From: Macrostomum lignano
Lineage: Eukaryota
NCBI GenBank assembly: GCA_002269645.1
Contig: NIVC01001998.1
Coordinates: 62,001 to 126,000 of the forward strand
DNA: 64,000 bases
Reading direction: 5' to 3'
The first letter of the stretch is position 1, and each line of letters begins with the position of its first letter. A model generated the notes under the pieces. It searched no databases. It saw only the letters and a program-made list of their open reading frames with translations, and was not told the DNA's origin. The position numbers were made by a program, and so were the translations under genes. Positions 61,204 through 64,000 of the stretch are shown here, one piece after another.

Positions 61204-64000
61204 TAGACAGACAGTCACACAGACAGACAGATAGACAGACAGTCACACAGACAGACAGATAGACAAACAGACATACGTTACCTGATAGGTGAGTTAGTTT
61301 ACCACAACTCTCTTACCTCTTCAAAACCAGGTCTACGCCCGCGAACTGTACACAGCGGAGCAGTTCATGAGCAACAACGTGACAGTGATGGTGACTCTGA
61401 CAGACGTCAACGACAACAGTCCGCAGTTTCTTCAGCCATCGTTTGAGTTCAATGTGTCCGAGACCGCAGCCAATGGGTCTTTGCTAGGCTATGTGAGACT
61501 GCTTTTAACTTTGCTGCTATAATATACAATTATATTATTTCAATAATGCCCGATGTACTTTATATTTGTACAGACCAATGCATACCCCATGTGCACCAGA
61601 TTGTGCAACCTGGCGTATCTAGCAATTCTCACACCTGGTATGCCCTTACCTAATACGAGCGTATACAATGTATGTATTGTTCTCGTCACGATGTGCAGCG
61701 TAAATGATCACGAAATCCTAATGTGAGAACTGATGTGTACTGTGTGTACTGTACATCGTTGTGTATATCCTGGTGTAAAACCTGATGTACATCCTGATGT
61801 GCATCCTGGTGTAAAACTTGACGTACATCCCGGTGTACAACCTGATGTACGTCCTGGTGTACATCCTGGTGTACATCCAGGTGTACATCCTGGTGTACAA
61901 CCTGGTGTATAACTTGATGTACATTCCAGTGTACATCCTGGTTTACTACTTAATGTACAACCTGATGAAAAATCCGATGTACGATCTGCTACACAAGCTG
62001 GTGTAAACCTGGTGCTCAACCTGATTCGTGCCTTCAGAATCCAAATTGTAAAATATCTGGCCTGAGGAGGCGATATTCTCAATAATTTACCCAGAAAGAA
62101 ATGAACAAACAACTCAGACGAACCGCCAACTCAAAAAAACCCATTTCCAGCTAAATGCCTCGGATTTGGACGCGGGACTGAATGGCCAGGTGAAAGTCTC
62201 GTTATCCTACGCTTCGGACAATGGACAATCAGTGATGTACATCGACTCCAACACGGGTGAACTCCGGCTCAAAGCGTTGCTAACTGACAACGCAGTGTTT
62301 GTGTCCACCTATCAGCTCGTTGTCACGGCAACCGATCAGGCCGCAGTAGAGAAAGACCGGCGCAGCAACCTGGCTCTGGTCCGGGTTAACATCCTGAGCG
62401 CGTCGGTGTCGCCTCCGGTGTTTGCACCAGCGTTTTTCACGGCCAGCGTGACTGAGGCTGCGCCCATTGGGACCAACGTTGTGCGGCTCACGGTGAGACT
62501 TTATTCCCCGTATTTGATTTCCCACGCCTGATTACCTACACCTGATTATCCACACCTGATTCCCCACGCCTGATTACCCACACCTGATTCCCCACACCTG
62601 ATTCCCCATACCTAATTTCCCATACTTAATTTACCATACCTAATTTCCCCCATTATATTCCCCATACCCGTCTCACTACAATACCCGCTTCCCCATACCT
62701 GTCTTTAGATTCTATCTACCTTCGCTAAAAAGTACTCAATGTATCTGTTGATATTTTAGGCAACTCACAAGTACCCTGGAGCAGTGCTGAACTACACTTT
62801 GCTCAACACAATAGGAAGTGACAGATTCACCGTAGTTACGCAATCCAACGAGTAAGCGAAACATAAGTAATTCTATTTTTACAGAACGGATAATGAAAAA
62901 CTGCTGAAAATTTGAACTGTTGCAGAGGATTCGTGCGGATCTCTTTGGGTCTGGATCGAGAGACGGTGAACTTCTACAACTTGACCGTGGTAGTCTCAGA
63001 TGGCACCATGGTAAGAGCAGCGGATCAAAAAAATTGATCTGTCTTCCATTTTTCACGGTTACTTTGCGAGAAGATATGGCTTAAGACAAGTCTCATTTGC
63101 TTGGCCTATTCAGAACGCCACCGCCCCAGTGAACATCACAGTCCTAGACTACAACGATCAGACTCCGAAATTTAACCAGTCGTCTTTCAACTTCACCATC
63201 TCGGAGAATCTCGACGCTCCAGTCCTTCTCGGCCAGATTGTCGCCACAGACGCTGATCAGGAAGGTACGTCGAACTCAGAAATTCAGTACAGCCTGATGG
63301 GTGCTCAGGCTGATACCTACTTCACGGTGAACGCAACGACCGGAGAGCTGTTCACTAAGTTGACACTGGACCGTGAGGCAACCCCGACCGGATTCACTTT
63401 CGCCGTGATGGCTCGGGATGGTGGCATGCCGGCTCTATCTTCAACAGTTGACGTTCGCGTCATTGTTGAGGACGTTAACGACAATGAGCCGCTGTTTGAC
63501 GCGTCGACAACGGCAACTGCATCACTGGTTGAGAAAGGCACCTATGCTGATTTTCTGCAGATAAAGGTGAGTGGACCATCGCAAAAGTCAATGAAACCTT
63601 ATGGCACAGAAGTTAAGCAAATTTTTGGAAGCATCGTGAAATCAGGAATCTCAATTGCTTCTATTTTTTATTGCTTTGATTATTTAAAGCGAGCACTTAT
63701 TTGTTTAATACCTCGCCTCACCGACAGTTCACGGACGCAGATCTGGGCTCGAATCGAGACAGCCAGTTTGAGCTGGTTTCGCCGTCAGATCTAAACGGGT
63801 CCTTTGTCATCAACGCCACCACCGGCTTCCTCTCCTCCACGGTGCCGCTCACGCGGTCGCTATTCGGCAACGCATCCAGGCATAACATCACCGTGCTTGT
63901 GTACAACCTGCAACCGATGGCCAACTTCTCCGGCACAAATCAGACCTTTGTTGTAAGCGTCAACCTGTTGGACTCGAACGACAATCGACCAATCTTTGTT
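50039..64000 (+). CDS. Gene 4 (5' part, >=14 exons, >=920 codons): cadherin-related protein with >=8 EC repeats; continues beyond the window
   Basis: Exons 50039-50093, 50718-51094, 51173-51268, 51320-51616, 51840-51942, 52278-52396, 57011-57187, 58893-59021, 61331-61492, 62151-62492, 62760-62851, 62926-63010, 63114-63566, 63728-64000+. All GT-AG and in phase; signal peptide plus PE/AE/SE, DxD, LDRE and DxNDN motifs. Confidence 0.92.
50165..50575. repeat. 20-bp near-perfect minisatellite, cadherin intron 1
   Basis: Unit tcagttcttctgtcacaggg, ~20 copies. Confidence 0.96.
50718..51094 (+). CDS. Cadherin exon 2
   Basis: VPENSPVGT...TEVDEFDPYF; donor GAG|GTAAAT. Confidence 0.88.
51173..51268 (+). 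CDS. Cadherin exon 3
   Basis: SDPPGT..ADRD; donor TTG|GTAAGT. Confidence 0.85.
51320..51616 (+). CDS. Cadherin exon 4
   Basis: LDFD...DVDDLSPRF; donor AAT|GTGAGG. Confidence 0.9.
51840..51942 (+). CDS. Cadherin exon 5
   Basis: ASDMDIGIN; donor G|GTAATT. Confidence 0.87.
52278..52396 (+). CDS. Cadherin exon 6
   Basis: INSSTG..IDRE; donor AAG|GTAAGG. Confidence 0.88.
52480..56108. repeat. 16/9-bp satellite (3.6 kb), cadherin intron 6
   Basis: Units gagctatctagctact / gagctatct. Confidence 0.96.
56592..56970. repeat. Same satellite in inverted orientation, cadherin intron 6
   Basis: Unit agtagctagatagctc. Confidence 0.92.
57011..57187 (+). CDS. Cadherin exon 7
   Basis: DKNDNDP..AENS..QDRD; donor CTC|GTGAGT. 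Confidence 0.9.
57270..57402. repeat. 14-bp minisatellite, cadherin intron 7
   Basis: Unit ttccactgttctat. Confidence 0.85.
58035..58785. repeat. 20-bp minisatellite, cadherin intron 7
   Basis: Unit actcagtcacactcagacat. Confidence 0.93.
58893..59021 (+). CDS. Cadherin exon 8
   Basis: FQIDSTTG..LDRE; donor CAG|GTGAGA. Confidence 0.9.
59075..59745. repeat. 20-bp minisatellite, cadherin intron 8
   Basis: Unit gatgattcagtgatgatata. Confidence 0.93.
60127..60140. promoter_or_regulatory. Perfect palindromic RFX X-box
   Basis: GTTGCCATGGCAAC matches the RFX/DAF-19 consensus exactly; function untested. Confidence 0.5.
60504..60883. repeat. (AATAG)n microsatellite, cadherin intron 8
   Basis: Read directly; uninterrupted. 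Confidence 0.97.
61100..61272. repeat. (GACA)n microsatellite, cadherin intron 8
   Basis: Read directly. Confidence 0.95.
61331..61492 (+). CDS. Cadherin exon 9
   Basis: DVNDNSPQF..VSE; donor TAT|GTGAGA. Confidence 0.9.
61740..62000. repeat. 12-bp degenerate minisatellite, cadherin intron 9
   Basis: Unit ~tgtacatcctgg. Confidence 0.8.
62151..62492 (+). CDS. Cadherin exon 10
   Basis: ASDLDAGLNG..IDSNTG; donor ACG|GTGAGA. Confidence 0.9.
62515..62650. repeat. 14-bp degenerate minisatellite, cadherin intron 10
   Basis: Unit ~cacctgattcccca. Confidence 0.75.
62760..62851 (+). CDS. Cadherin exon 11
   Basis: ATHKYPGAVLNY; donor GA|GTAAGC. Confidence 0.8.
62926..63010 (+). CDS. Cadherin exon 12
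   Basis: LDRETVNFYNL..SDG; donor ATG|GTAAGA. Confidence 0.85.
63114..63566 (+). CDS. Cadherin exon 13
   Basis: DYNDQTP, ATDAD, LDRE, DVNDNEP; donor AAG|GTGAGT. Confidence 0.92.
63728..64000 (+). CDS. Cadherin exon 14 (truncated by window end)
   Basis: FTDADLGSN...DSNDNRPIFV. Confidence 0.9.

Overview
Eukaryotic (metazoan) genomic DNA, not prokaryotic. The spliced genes and minisatellite-filled introns suggest a free-living flatworm such as Macrostomum (inference only). I assembled four multi-exon genes by hand, each with GT-AG junctions that keep one open frame. (1) + strand 3286-14444, 8 exons, 583 aa: N-terminal unknown/winged-helix-like region plus a C-terminal PNP_UDP_1 (MTA/SAH-nucleosidase-fold) domain. 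(2) + strand 26085-31304, 5 exons, 599 aa: signal peptide, EGF-like repeats, TSP1-like segment and hydrophobic tail. (3) - strand 42369-32430, 9 exons, 960 aa: CLCA-family protein that has lost the HExxH protease motif but keeps the VWA MIDAS. (4) + strand from 50039, at least 14 exons, at least 8 cadherin repeats, running off the window end. Mobile elements: a near-full-length LOA/R1-like LINE (18988-23782) nested in a 37-bp-TIR, 2-bp-TSD DNA element (16228-24124); an intact BEL/Pao LTR element (43093-49397) inserted between the head-to-head CLCA and cadherin genes; a foldback MITE; a hAT MITE; and about 25 tandem arrays, almost all intronic. Most long ORFs in the supplied track are artefacts of these arrays. 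Best leads: the LINE's UAAUG stop-start sits in the loop of a perfect 8-bp hairpin; the CLCA is a pseudo-protease; the PNP domain resembles immune-effector nucleosidases; and a perfect RFX X-box lies in a cadherin intron. No rRNA, tRNA or CRISPR array seen.
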